This document shows, piece after piece, positions 17,824-26,735 of a DNA stretch of 64,000 nt. Below the pieces are notes generated by a model, which was not told the origin of the DNA, did no database searches, and saw nothing but the letters and a program-made list of their open reading frames with translations. How positions within the stretch are numbered: the stretch's first letter is position 1; every line of letters begins with the position of its first letter. The stretch is from positions 14,374-78,373 of IMG/VR virus record IMGVR_UViG_3300016667_000797, one strand, 5' to 3'. Origin of the DNA: a virus (Duplodnaviria > Caudoviricetes). Position numbers and translations under genes: made by a program.

Positions 17824-18354
17824 ATGAGAATTGATCCACAGTTCATACAGTCGCTCAAAAAGGGCGACTGTTTGACGTTTGACGTCGTTTGTAGCTGCGC
17901 GGAGGCATCGGATGCTCTGCCTCGTTTGCTGAGTGATCAGGATAAGCGCATGTTGGCCTTGAAGGTGGCCAAAAAGATCGAACGTCAGCTGCATAAGATC
18001 GGACGTATCTGGACGTTAAGTGTAGGTAACGATTTTAGTGTGCAGGTTCTGACCGATTCTGACGCACTGACTTATCGACGACGGCAAGGCCGCAGCGGAG
18101 TCCGTAAGGTCCGCGGGTGCGCCAAAGGACTGGGCGGTATCGACACAGCTAACCTGTCCACCACAGAAAAAGTTGTGCATGACCGCGAGTTCACGCTGGC
18201 GGCATCTCGCGCGTTGGCATTGCGACGCCACTTGAGAAACAAAGATCCGTTTGAACGGATCAAACCAACCACAACAGAACAACTGGCCGCCTCACCTAAA
18301 CAGGTGCGGCTCGATCCGTTTGACAGATTCAAACAACCATCACAGGAGTCTTGA
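17824..18354 (+). CDS. Basic hypothetical protein immediately downstream of the array
   Basis: GAGGAAA RBS; K/R-rich, 176 aa. Confidence 0.7.
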   Translation: MRIDPQFIQSLKKGDCLTFDVVCSCAEASDALPRLLSDQDKRMLALKVAKKIERQLHKIGRIWTLSVGNDFSVQVLTDSDALTYRRRQGRSGVRKVRGCAKGLGGIDTANLSTTEKVVHDREFTLAASRALALRRHLRNKDPFERIKPTTTEQLAASPKQVRLDPFDRFKQPSQES

Positions 18355-18357
18355 TAG

Positions 18358-19035
18358 ATGAACGCAACGACAACCAAGCTCAAGGTCATCATCACATTGG
18401 ACGATGACGTAGACACGGACAGTCCGTTCAAGATGTCCGACTGGTCGCTACGTACGATACGCATGGGCAAGATTCATGACGTGGCGGATGGCTGGACGCT
18501 CAACGACGAGTTGGCTGCACCAGTCCTGGGCACTAACTGCTGGCAGATCAGCTGCTATCGTCATGGCTGCGAGTCCTGGTTCCTGGCGGGTGATCGTCCA
18601 GGTTCGTGCAAGTGGGACACGCGGCAGCTGGCGGGGTACCTGGTCTACAAGGGCGAAGACCCGCTAGAAAATCCCGAAGAAGCAGCTCGAGAGATGATCA
18701 AGGAATACGATCTCTGGGCCAATGGCGACTGCTACTGGTACCGGATCGAGCAGGAGCACGACACCGGTCGCATGCGTAGGCCACATGCCTGTGAAAGCTG
18801 CCAGTGTCCAATGATTTCGGAAGATCCGGAAATTGAAGAAGAGTCCTATTGCGGCGGCCTGATCGGCTGGGACTACACCAAGGAAACCATTCGGGATGAG
18901 CTGCGGGCTATGACCGAGCGCAAGCAAATCTCGCCCGAGGCTTACGTCCTCGCGCTCAATATTTCGTCCGAGTTGCGGTACCTGACGCAGGAACTACAAG
19001 AAGAGCTTCAGGCGCTAGGGTATTCCATCGTCTGA
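18358..19035 (+). CDS. Hypothetical protein
   Basis: 225-aa ORF starting 3 nt after the previous stop. Confidence 0.7.
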   Translation: MNATTTKLKVIITLDDDVDTDSPFKMSDWSLRTIRMGKIHDVADGWTLNDELAAPVLGTNCWQISCYRHGCESWFLAGDRPGSCKWDTRQLAGYLVYKGEDPLENPEEAAREMIKEYDLWANGDCYWYRIEQEHDTGRMRRPHACESCQCPMISEDPEIEEESYCGGLIGWDYTKETIRDELRAMTERKQISPEAYVLALNISSELRYLTQELQEELQALGYSIV

Positions 19036-19379
19036 ATTTCGGGCTAAGATAGGCACGACAACCAAACATTTACCCGGTGACTATGCTGATGTACATTTGG
19101 TTGGCGCGCGTCGTGTGGGTGGTCCTTTTTCAGCCGCTTTCGTTCCAAACAGATCAAGGGCAGGATCGGCCCTTGAGCGGCGCACGCCGACCAAATGTAC
19201 ATCAGTATCGCCGGTAGGTGTTTTGCATTTCTCCAGTGGTGATGCCGCCTTGTATCTCAGGCGGCGTGTGGTGGGTGTTCGGCTTTCCTTTGACTTTGTA
19301 GCCATAGCGCCTCAACCGAATCGAGAACAGGATCGGTTCTCGAGCGCCACACAAACCACTGGATGTTCAAATCTGGAAT

Positions 19380-19769
19380 TTAACCGCTGACGTGATTCAT
19401 CTTGCAGTCCGCAAACTCGTCCTGGTTCACCAGGCTGGTGATCTGGTTCTTCAACGCGACGCGTTGGCGGTTCAGATCGCGCACGACAATGGCACGGCGG
19501 CCGACCTCTTCCAGGCCCAGGCGGTCATCCAGACCCTTGCGGATTGCCCATTCGGCGTCCCAGATCTGGCCGTTGATCTCTCGCAGGTCGACGATCAGGT
19601 TTTGTAGTGGTATGTTGCGTGGGTCGACACCGGACCAGTAGTAGGCAATCTGTTTCCGCAATCCTTGTTTGTCCAGCTCGTCATCGGGCAACCGCTCGTA
19701 TTTGAGCTGGGCAATGGTCAGCCGGTCGCAGAGCTCGCAGATGGGCATGGCGATGGCTTTCACAGACAT
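19380..19769 (-). CDS. DUF6165-like protein
   Basis: CELCDRLTIAQLKYER...LREINGQIWDAEWAIR...DLNRQRVALKNQI resembles the DUF6165 pattern (from memory). Confidence 0.6.
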   Translation of the reverse strand: MSVKAIAMPICELCDRLTIAQLKYERLPDDELDKQGLRKQIAYYWSGVDPRNIPLQNLIVDLREINGQIWDAEWAIRKGLDDRLGLEEVGRRAIVVRDLNRQRVALKNQITSLVNQDEFADCKMNHVSG

Positions 19770-19788
19770 TCTAACCTCGGAGGTATCT

Positions 19789-20958
19789 ATGAAGTTGCTT
19801 GTGGCAAGTGATCTGCACTTGAGTGATCGTATCTGGCGGCACCGGCCCATCGAGGGCGACAGCTATCATAGCTGGAAGCAGATCGTGGACCTCGCGATTC
19901 AGGCCCGTGTCAATGGTGTGATTTTGGCTGGCGACATTCTGGACAAGCAGTCCAATCTTTCCGGACCGGCTCTTATGCTGACGCAAGGATTGGCTCGTTT
20001 GACTGAGGCCGCAATTCCAGTCTACTACAATCAAGGGCAGCATGAGTACCAAGGTAAACCTTGGATGTCTCTGATACCAGAAACGCAATGGATTCACGAA
20101 AAACTCGTACCATTGCCAGAAGGCTGGAAGATGGTCGGGTGCGACTATCAAAACGAAGAGAACTTTCAGGCGTTCTTGAGAAGCGACATGGCCCGCGCAG
20201 CCGACATCCTGGTATGTCACCAGGTCTGGCGAGACTTCATGGGCGACACAGGCAAACCCCAGGCCTCGTTTGATGATGTACCTGAAAACGTCAAGATACT
20301 GATTACTGGCGATTTTCATAAGCATCAATTAGTGACTAATGCTGCTGAGACGTTGGCGGTGTTGTCTCCCGGCAGTACGCATAAGCGGTCGATTGCCGAA
20401 CCGGATCCCCATGCGGTATTCCTGCTTAATCTGCGCAACGTGGCAAATTGTCCGACACCAGCCCTTGGAAGGCCGGTGGAAGGCTATACTGCGCGCACGA
20501 TCTACATACGGACACGGCAGTGTGTCCGAGTAACAGCTAAAGGGATAAGTTATGCGCAGCTGCAGGAGCAAACCGATGCCGCGCTGGCGGACGCCGCGGA
20601 ATTGGCCGAGGCATACCGTTTACCGGACCAACTTCGTATGCCCTTGATGCAGCTGACGCATACCAGGCAGGACGCGGATCTGGTGCGCAAGTGGCAACAG
20701 GCTTACCACGGCAAAGCCCACCTCTTCTTCAAACAAGTTGGTGAGACCGTGGACGAACACGAGGAGAATCGTGAGTTCATGCAGCATATGGACCCGACGG
20801 ACCGGGTTGGTATGCTGGGGTGCGTTGATAACTTTATCAACAGGCAGGAACATCCCGACAGGTATGGGCTCGCCCTATCGTTACTGCACAGCCCGGACTA
20901 CGAGCAAGCGCTCCACCGATGGGTCAAGGAACAGCTCACCCATGACAACCCTGTATGA
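19789..20958 (+). CDS. SbcD/Mre11-like metallophosphoesterase nuclease
   Basis: ASDLH, LAGDILD, NQGQHE, CHQ, TGDFH, PGS motifs; upstream of an SbcC-like ATPase. Confidence 0.85.
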   Translation: MKLLVASDLHLSDRIWRHRPIEGDSYHSWKQIVDLAIQARVNGVILAGDILDKQSNLSGPALMLTQGLARLTEAAIPVYYNQGQHEYQGKPWMSLIPETQWIHEKLVPLPEGWKMVGCDYQNEENFQAFLRSDMARAADILVCHQVWRDFMGDTGKPQASFDDVPENVKILITGDFHKHQLVTNAAETLAVLSPGSTHKRSIAEPDPHAVFLLNLRNVANCPTPALGRPVEGYTARTIYIRTRQCVRVTAKGISYAQLQEQTDAALADAAELAEAYRLPDQLRMPLMQLTHTRQDADLVRKWQQAYHGKAHLFFKQVGETVDEHEENREFMQHMDPTDRVGMLGCVDNFINRQEHPDRYGLALSLLHSPDYEQALHRWVKEQLTHDNPV

Positions 20959-21709
20959 CATCGTTGACCTTGGCACGAAGCACGGTAACGCGATTGACGA
21001 ATTTCGACGGCGAGGCTCACAGCGTGTGTTGCCTGCCGTTGATCCGAAATCGTGGATACCTGCTAAGTGCCTGGGCATCGAACGACCGGAAGCGGCCATG
21101 TATCGCACGGTTGTCGAAAACAAGGGTTATCGGTTTCAGCTAGGCAACCTGGCACAGGATCAGGTGCTGCGGGAATTGCCGCCTGCGCGTGTTTACCTCG
21201 GCTGGCATTTCCTGGAGCACCTGCCGAACAAAGATTTCTCCTACTTGGCAGCACAAGCCGCAATGGATAAGGCTACGGAGCTGGTCTGGTTTCGCTTGCC
21301 CAGCTTCGAGCCGGACGATATCTGCGGTGAAGGATTGCTCAAACGGATGGATCTGCGATTCACCTGGACACACTGGAAGGGGCACACCAGCCGATGGTTG
21401 CTTAAGGACGCAGAACGTGCGGCACGAGATTGGGCCGCAGTCAATCCCAAACGTCCGTTTGAATTCACGATTCGACCGGCGCGTTACATTCGTGAGGTAG
21501 CTGACCTGCGGGTTGTACCAATCGACGCTCCGATTGACACAAACAAATATCATCCAAGTCTCGGACCCAAGCCTCGAGATTACCGATTGGCGCGTCCAAT
21601 CATCTCGGAGTGGGAAGTCACCATGAGGTTCAAATGCAAATCCGAAATGTCCAACTACAAAATATTGGTCCCCACCGAACGCTCAACGTCGATTTCGGAA
21701 GCGGACTGA
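20942..21709 (+). CDS. Methyltransferase-fold hypothetical protein
   Basis: IVDLGTKHG, WHFLEHLP. Confidence 0.45.
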   Translation: MTTLYDIVDLGTKHGNAIDEFRRRGSQRVLPAVDPKSWIPAKCLGIERPEAAMYRTVVENKGYRFQLGNLAQDQVLRELPPARVYLGWHFLEHLPNKDFSYLAAQAAMDKATELVWFRLPSFEPDDICGEGLLKRMDLRFTWTHWKGHTSRWLLKDAERAARDWAAVNPKRPFEFTIRPARYIREVADLRVVPIDAPIDTNKYHPSLGPKPRDYRLARPIISEWEVTMRFKCKSEMSNYKILVPTERSTSISEAD

Positions 21710-23742
21710 TTGGCCTGACCGGCTCCAACGGAGCAGGCAAGTCCACCCTGGTCAACGCCATCTATGCGGCGCTGACCAATGACTTCTCCCGGTTCAATGC
21801 CACCAAGGCGGAGATCATCACCAACGGCTCGGGCACTGAACCGAGCTTCATCCGGCTGACAGGCGAACACCGCGGTCAGGAGTTTACCTTGACGCGCTGG
21901 TTGCGTCCCAGCAAAAACGAGTTTGAGATCGGTGGCCGGAGCTTTACCAAGGCTAACGATGTCAACGACGCGGTTATGGCCGAGCTGAACATCTCCAAGT
22001 CGGTGATTGACAAATATGTCTTTGTCGATCAGTGGCAGATGTTCGGGTTTCTGGATCAGACCGACAGCGAGCGGGCCAAGACCTTCCAGTATCTCTGCGG
22101 CACGGAATCCGCGTCGCAGATCTACAAGGTCTGCAACGACTATGTGACCAAGCAGAAAGGCACCGAGATCGTCGACAACAGCCTTGAGTTGCAGGAGGCA
22201 ATTGACGAGGCCCGGAAGAGCATGACGGACTGGCAGCAAGAGATTGCTCAACTCAAACCGTTCGCACTGGATGATGCAACGGCAAACGAGCTCCGACAAG
22301 TCTTGGCTCGGGCAGCTGCTGCCGAAGAGGCCGAAGCTGAGCTGGGGATCAAGGCAGAACTGCATGATCCCTGCCAGGACAAGTTGACTGCCGCAGTCAC
22401 AGCCTTGCAGGAAGTGCAAATCGAAAAGCGTGAAACGGAAGATTGGCTGGCCGAGAACGCCGACAAGGAGAAACGAGCGCACGATCGGGTACGTCAGTGG
22501 CAAGCCGAGCAGAAAACTCAGGCACAGCGGGCACAATGGGAGAAAACGCTGGCTGAGACTCAGGAATTCTTGGCTCAGTGTGACTGGCCAAAATTGCCGG
22601 AAGCCTACTGTCCGGCAGAACAACGCGAAGCCTTGAAACAAGAACGCGATCGGTACAAAGCCTTGCTGCAGGCAACACAAGGACTACAGCTGGACGATCC
22701 TGTTTGCGCTTACTGCGGACAGGAGATCAGCGAGAAACATCGGGAAAAACTACAAACACAACAAGACGGTAATCTAGATGCTTACAATGCCATCATGCTG
22801 CGGCTGTCCAGGTCCCAGGCCTATGACGAGCGTATGGTGCGGCGTAAGCAACAAATAGACGCGCTTGAATCAAAAATTCGGGAACTGGAAGCGAGACTGG
22901 AGACGCTCCCAGCCATCGGCACGCAAAGTTCCGCTCAGGGTGCCGAGGCATTTTTGCAGCGTGTTGCGTCTAAACGAGAATTGCTGGAACAGCTGCGGGA
23001 AAAGGTGGTGCGTTTGGAGAAATTGCGGACGCGCGCCGAGAGTGAGTTGCAGGTGCTGGAGCAACGGATTACCCACCTGCGCAACCAAATCAGCAAAAAG
23101 CCCACGGACGACGAGTTTGCTGAGGCACACGAACGGCTGACGGCAGATCGCGACGCAGTGCCGCGCATCGCAGAAGCCTCAGGAGCCTATCACGAAGCGG
23201 AACGCACGGCCAAGCGTGCGCAGCTGACACTGGATCAGCTTAAAGCACGGCTGGCCGGTCGAGTCAAAATCCGGAATTTGCTGGACACGATTTCTGCCGT
23301 AGGTGATGTGTTTCACTGGAACAATTTGCCTAAAATGGTGTCTCAGGCCAATCTTGAACTCTTGGTGGGCGACATCAATGCCAATCTCGAGTTGTTCAAC
23401 AATCCGTTCACGGTGGAAGCTGACGAGGACTTGACGTTCCGTGTCTACTTCCCAGGGCAACGGCCAGTCAAAGCCAAGCAGTTGTCCGGTGGGCAGAAGG
23501 TCATTTTGGCAATTGCGTTCCGGGCTGCGCTGGGGCGCGTGTTTGGTCACGATGTCGGTATGCTCTTTCTGGATGAGCCGACCAGCGGCCTGGACGCAGA
23601 TAACGTCTCCTACTTTCACGAGGCGTTGCAGCAATTGTCACAGAAGCTCGGCGCAAATCGTCAGTTGGTGGTGATTACGCACGTGCATGAGTTGAGCGAA
23701 GTTTTTGACCAACTCGTTGAGATTAAGAAGAACGGGACATGA
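21634..23742 (+). CDS. SbcC/Rad50-like SMC ATPase
   Basis: Walker A GSNGAGKST, coiled coil with CAYC zinc hook, LSGGQ signature, FLDEPT Walker B, VITH. Confidence 0.92.
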   Translation: MQIRNVQLQNIGPHRTLNVDFGSGLIGLTGSNGAGKSTLVNAIYAALTNDFSRFNATKAEIITNGSGTEPSFIRLTGEHRGQEFTLTRWLRPSKNEFEIGGRSFTKANDVNDAVMAELNISKSVIDKYVFVDQWQMFGFLDQTDSERAKTFQYLCGTESASQIYKVCNDYVTKQKGTEIVDNSLELQEAIDEARKSMTDWQQEIAQLKPFALDDATANELRQVLARAAAAEEAEAELGIKAELHDPCQDKLTAAVTALQEVQIEKRETEDWLAENADKEKRAHDRVRQWQAEQKTQAQRAQWEKTLAETQEFLAQCDWPKLPEAYCPAEQREALKQERDRYKALLQATQGLQLDDPVCAYCGQEISEKHREKLQTQQDGNLDAYNAIMLRLSRSQAYDERMVRRKQQIDALESKIRELEARLETLPAIGTQSSAQGAEAFLQRVASKRELLEQLREKVVRLEKLRTRAESELQVLEQRITHLRNQISKKPTDDEFAEAHERLTADRDAVPRIAEASGAYHEAERTAKRAQLTLDQLKARLAGRVKIRNLLDTISAVGDVFHWNNLPKMVSQANLELLVGDINANLELFNNPFTVEADEDLTFRVYFPGQRPVKAKQLSGGQKVILAIAFRAALGRVFGHDVGMLFLDEPTSGLDADNVSYFHEALQQLSQKLGANRQLVVITHVHELSEVFDQLVEIKKNGT

Positions 23743-24584
23743 TGCAGCGCGATCAGATTTGTCTCCATACGGGCTCCGACGGCATTGTGTGGGCCATGAC
23801 GTCCGCCGGGTTGCCCAAACCAATTGGTGACACAATCACCAAAGGTCCATTCTGGCCGGGACTCTATCGCATAGCAGCTGCCCCCTGCAATTACCGGTTG
23901 CTTGTTGAGCTCTACTCGTCGCTTACCAGCAAAGACATTCAGGCCACGCTTCTGGCGGGCAAGCCTACGCTCGCCAGAGGTTCGGTTCAGGATGTGTTGA
24001 ATCGGCTGACGCTGTTGGAGGTGCACGACAACCTGCCGCACACATGGCATGCCATGACGCGGGAAACCTATAACCATTACCTGCTGTTACGCCAAGCGCA
24101 TGAGCAGGGTTACGGCGCTCACCTGGAATACTTGTTCAATCATCATCAAATGCGCGAGCATTTGAAGTTTCTAGGTATCCAGTCGGTAGCCTTGGCTGTG
24201 GAGCTGTTGGCAGCTATCGGCGATCCGCGCTGGTTCATCAATCCGAACCGGCCGCATCGCCTGGATTGCCTTTACAGCTACTTCCGCCTGATGCCCAAGC
24301 AGTTCTCGGTTGTTCTGTTGCGGGAGCCGTACTTGTCGCCGTCCTGTCGGCGCGCAAAGTTGCTGCTGGAGATCCTGGGAGACTTACGGAAAGACAGCTT
24401 TCTGTTTCACGATTCCGGTCGTGCCACGGCCATGCAACACACCATGAAAGCCTGCCGCAGACTACTGAGCTTTGTGGCGTATAATTGGATTGAGTTGCTG
24501 ACCCACGGCGCCGCCAGCTTTGACGTTGACCGGTTCTTTCAGGACAGGGACAATCGTCGACACTACCGATCGGCTTTCAGGTGA
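23739..24584 (+). CDS. Hypothetical protein with IS110 C-terminal/Nop-domain-like motif
   Basis: FLGIQSVALAVELLAAIGDPRWF...LYSYFRL resembles IPGIG-x3-AA-x-LLAEIGD-x2-RF...L-x-SYAGL; no DEDD RuvC motif seen. Confidence 0.4.
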   Translation: MMQRDQICLHTGSDGIVWAMTSAGLPKPIGDTITKGPFWPGLYRIAAAPCNYRLLVELYSSLTSKDIQATLLAGKPTLARGSVQDVLNRLTLLEVHDNLPHTWHAMTRETYNHYLLLRQAHEQGYGAHLEYLFNHHQMREHLKFLGIQSVALAVELLAAIGDPRWFINPNRPHRLDCLYSYFRLMPKQFSVVLLREPYLSPSCRRAKLLLEILGDLRKDSFLFHDSGRATAMQHTMKACRRLLSFVAYNWIELLTHGAASFDVDRFFQDRDNRRHYRSAFR

Positions 24585-24590
24585 CAATCC

Positions 24591-25085
24591 ATGCGGGAAC
24601 TCAGCGTTCGGATCCGTTTTACAAACCCAAGTCTGGGAAATGAAAAAGACCCCAAGACCGGGCGTTTCAAGTTCCAGCGCAGCCCGGGTCGAGAAGGAAA
24701 AATTCTTTTCCTGGCCACCTGGCACCACAGCAACATGAAACTGGCGGCCGAGATGATGGGCCGACACCAGGAATCGGTAAAGCAGATCTGCTGGGACATC
24801 GAGGTTGATGCCCAGCTGCGCGAAAAGTGTCTGATCCGTTGCTTCTATCAGAAGTCACCGGGCGGGCGCGAGCGCTGGAGCCTGCACGAATCACTCATGG
24901 CCGGGCAAACCATCGTGGTCAACTGCGTGGTGCCTGCCGACATCGACGATCAGGATTTCTGGACGTTGATGCAGATTGCCGGGAAGTACAAAGGATTGTC
25001 GCCCTGGCAGCCAGGCAAGTACGGCCAATATGAGGTGGTCAGCATCCATCCTCGCCGGTCTCGATTTGAGTCCGACCTGGGTTAA
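24591..25085 (+). CDS. Second compact RAMP-like protein
   Basis: LSVRIRFTNPSLG first strand, HESLMAGQTIVV, C-terminal AGKYKGLSPWQPGKYGQYEV Gly-rich loop. Confidence 0.55.
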   Translation: MRELSVRIRFTNPSLGNEKDPKTGRFKFQRSPGREGKILFLATWHHSNMKLAAEMMGRHQESVKQICWDIEVDAQLREKCLIRCFYQKSPGGRERWSLHESLMAGQTIVVNCVVPADIDDQDFWTLMQIAGKYKGLSPWQPGKYGQYEVVSIHPRRSRFESDLG

Positions 25086-25210
25086 AACAAAAATGCCGTC
25101 CAGGTGGCGAATCCCGGACGGCAGGAGCGTGTAGCGGTTGGGGCGTATTTTGGCGCTCAACCGCTGCGTATTGTACATAGACACCACAAGAAAATCAACG
25201 AGGGGGACAA

Positions 25211-26707
25211 ATGAATGCCAAACGCATTGTGACCATGTACAAACATGGCAATACCATGTTCCTGGATCCGACGACGGATCGGATCTTCGCCATCCTGAAG
25301 CCAATTCTTAGCTTTCAGGAGCAGGTGCAATATCGTGGAATTGAGGCGACACAGCGTAAGCAGCTGGGTCTTTCTGTTCAGGAGCGCGTGCACCATACGC
25401 TCTTTGAACTGGATCACCGCCATCGGATCGTGACCACGTTCGGGTTTTGGAAGGTCGTGCGAGACGCGCTGCGCAAAGCCGGGTACGAAGTTCGGCTCAA
25501 AGACATGACGCCGTCAGACCCGGCCAAGTTTGAACCGCACTGGCACAACATCGCGCACTACAAGCTGCGGGAAAACCAACCAGAGTTTTTACAGAAGATC
25601 CTGACCAACCGGTGTGGTCGGTTCGATTGTCCACCCGGTTTTGGCAAGTCGTTCATGATTGGCTTGGTGGCAGCGCTGTTGCCCAAGGCCAAGATCGACG
25701 TCGTAACCCGCCGCGTGGCCGTGCTCCGCGACCGAATCTATCCGGAGCTGGTCCAGATGGTCGGTGATGTCGGTATCGTAGGCGGCGGCAAGAAGGTGCT
25801 CAATAAGCGGGTCATGTGTTATACCGTCGGTTCGATGGCACACAGCCCGGCCACAGCAGACATTCTGATTGCCGACGAAGTGCACGAGCTGGCTGCTGAT
25901 AACGCGGCGGCTCAGCTGGTGCGTTGGCAAAAGAGCCGCAACTACGGATTGTCAGCCAGCCACGACATGCGTTGGGATGGCAAGGATGCCCGGATGCATG
26001 GAGTTTTTGGTCCGATCATCTTTCGGGTCGATTATCAACAGGCGCAGGCGGCCAACATGGTGGTGCCGATCGAGGTGCACTGGTCTGACGTGGTCATGGA
26101 CGTTGACCCGGCCAGTGGGCGGGAAGACGTAGAGAAGAAACGATACGGTATCTGGCGTAACAAGTACCGCAATTCGGTGATCGCCCGGGATGCTCGCAAG
26201 TATGACGCCGACACGCAGGTGTTGATCACTGTCGATACGCTCGAGCACGCCATGCATTTGAAGAAACTCTTGCCTGAGTTCACCCTGGTCTACATGGAAA
26301 ATGGACTGACTTCCAGTGATCGGACCAAATATGCCAAAATGGGTTGTTGTGAGCCGGATGAACCGTTCATGGATTTCAACCGGCGACAGCAACTGACTCG
26401 CGATTTCGAATCAGGAAAACTGAAGAAGGCGATCTGTACTACGGTATGGAACGTCGGCGTCAGCTTCAATAAACTGTCAGTGCTGATCCGGGCAGCCGGA
26501 GGCGGCAGTTCAATCAATGACATCCAGATCCCGGGACGCGTTTCGCGGGTGGCGGAAGGTAAAGATTGTGGTGTCGTGCACGACTATCTGGATCAGTTCA
26601 ATCCCGGGTTTCGCAGGCAGGCGACCGCCAGGTCGCAGACCTACGACGACAACGGTTGGCGTCAACTGCGTCCGGGCAAAACGGAAATGGGAAAACGGTT
26701 GACCTGA
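25211..26707 (+). CDS. Superfamily 2 DExH helicase (UvsW-like)
   Basis: CPPGFGKS, ADEVH, GLSAS, TTVWNVGVS, QIPGRVSR motifs. Confidence 0.88.
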   Translation: MNAKRIVTMYKHGNTMFLDPTTDRIFAILKPILSFQEQVQYRGIEATQRKQLGLSVQERVHHTLFELDHRHRIVTTFGFWKVVRDALRKAGYEVRLKDMTPSDPAKFEPHWHNIAHYKLRENQPEFLQKILTNRCGRFDCPPGFGKSFMIGLVAALLPKAKIDVVTRRVAVLRDRIYPELVQMVGDVGIVGGGKKVLNKRVMCYTVGSMAHSPATADILIADEVHELAADNAAAQLVRWQKSRNYGLSASHDMRWDGKDARMHGVFGPIIFRVDYQQAQAANMVVPIEVHWSDVVMDVDPASGREDVEKKRYGIWRNKYRNSVIARDARKYDADTQVLITVDTLEHAMHLKKLLPEFTLVYMENGLTSSDRTKYAKMGCCEPDEPFMDFNRRQQLTRDFESGKLKKAICTTVWNVGVSFNKLSVLIRAAGGGSSINDIQIPGRVSRVAEGKDCGVVHDYLDQFNPGFRRQATARSQTYDDNGWRQLRPGKTEMGKRLT

Positions 26708-26735
26708 CTCACACAACGGAGGCGAAGTTGACCTG

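Noticed and set aside
17464-17834. Gly/Arg/Val-rich ORFs 17464..17700 and 17556..17834
   Set aside because: By-products of the GGY-NN periodicity. The 5-nt register and in-frame TAG stops in the repeats are incompatible with a conserved protein.
19081-19305. 74-aa minus-strand ORF
   Set aside because: Low-complexity basic sequence lying over a long inverted repeat; cannot be supported as coding, though not excluded.
23739-24584. Active IS110 insertion sequence
   Set aside because: No N-terminal DEDD RuvC domain or flanking non-coding ends; the gene is translationally coupled to its neighbours.
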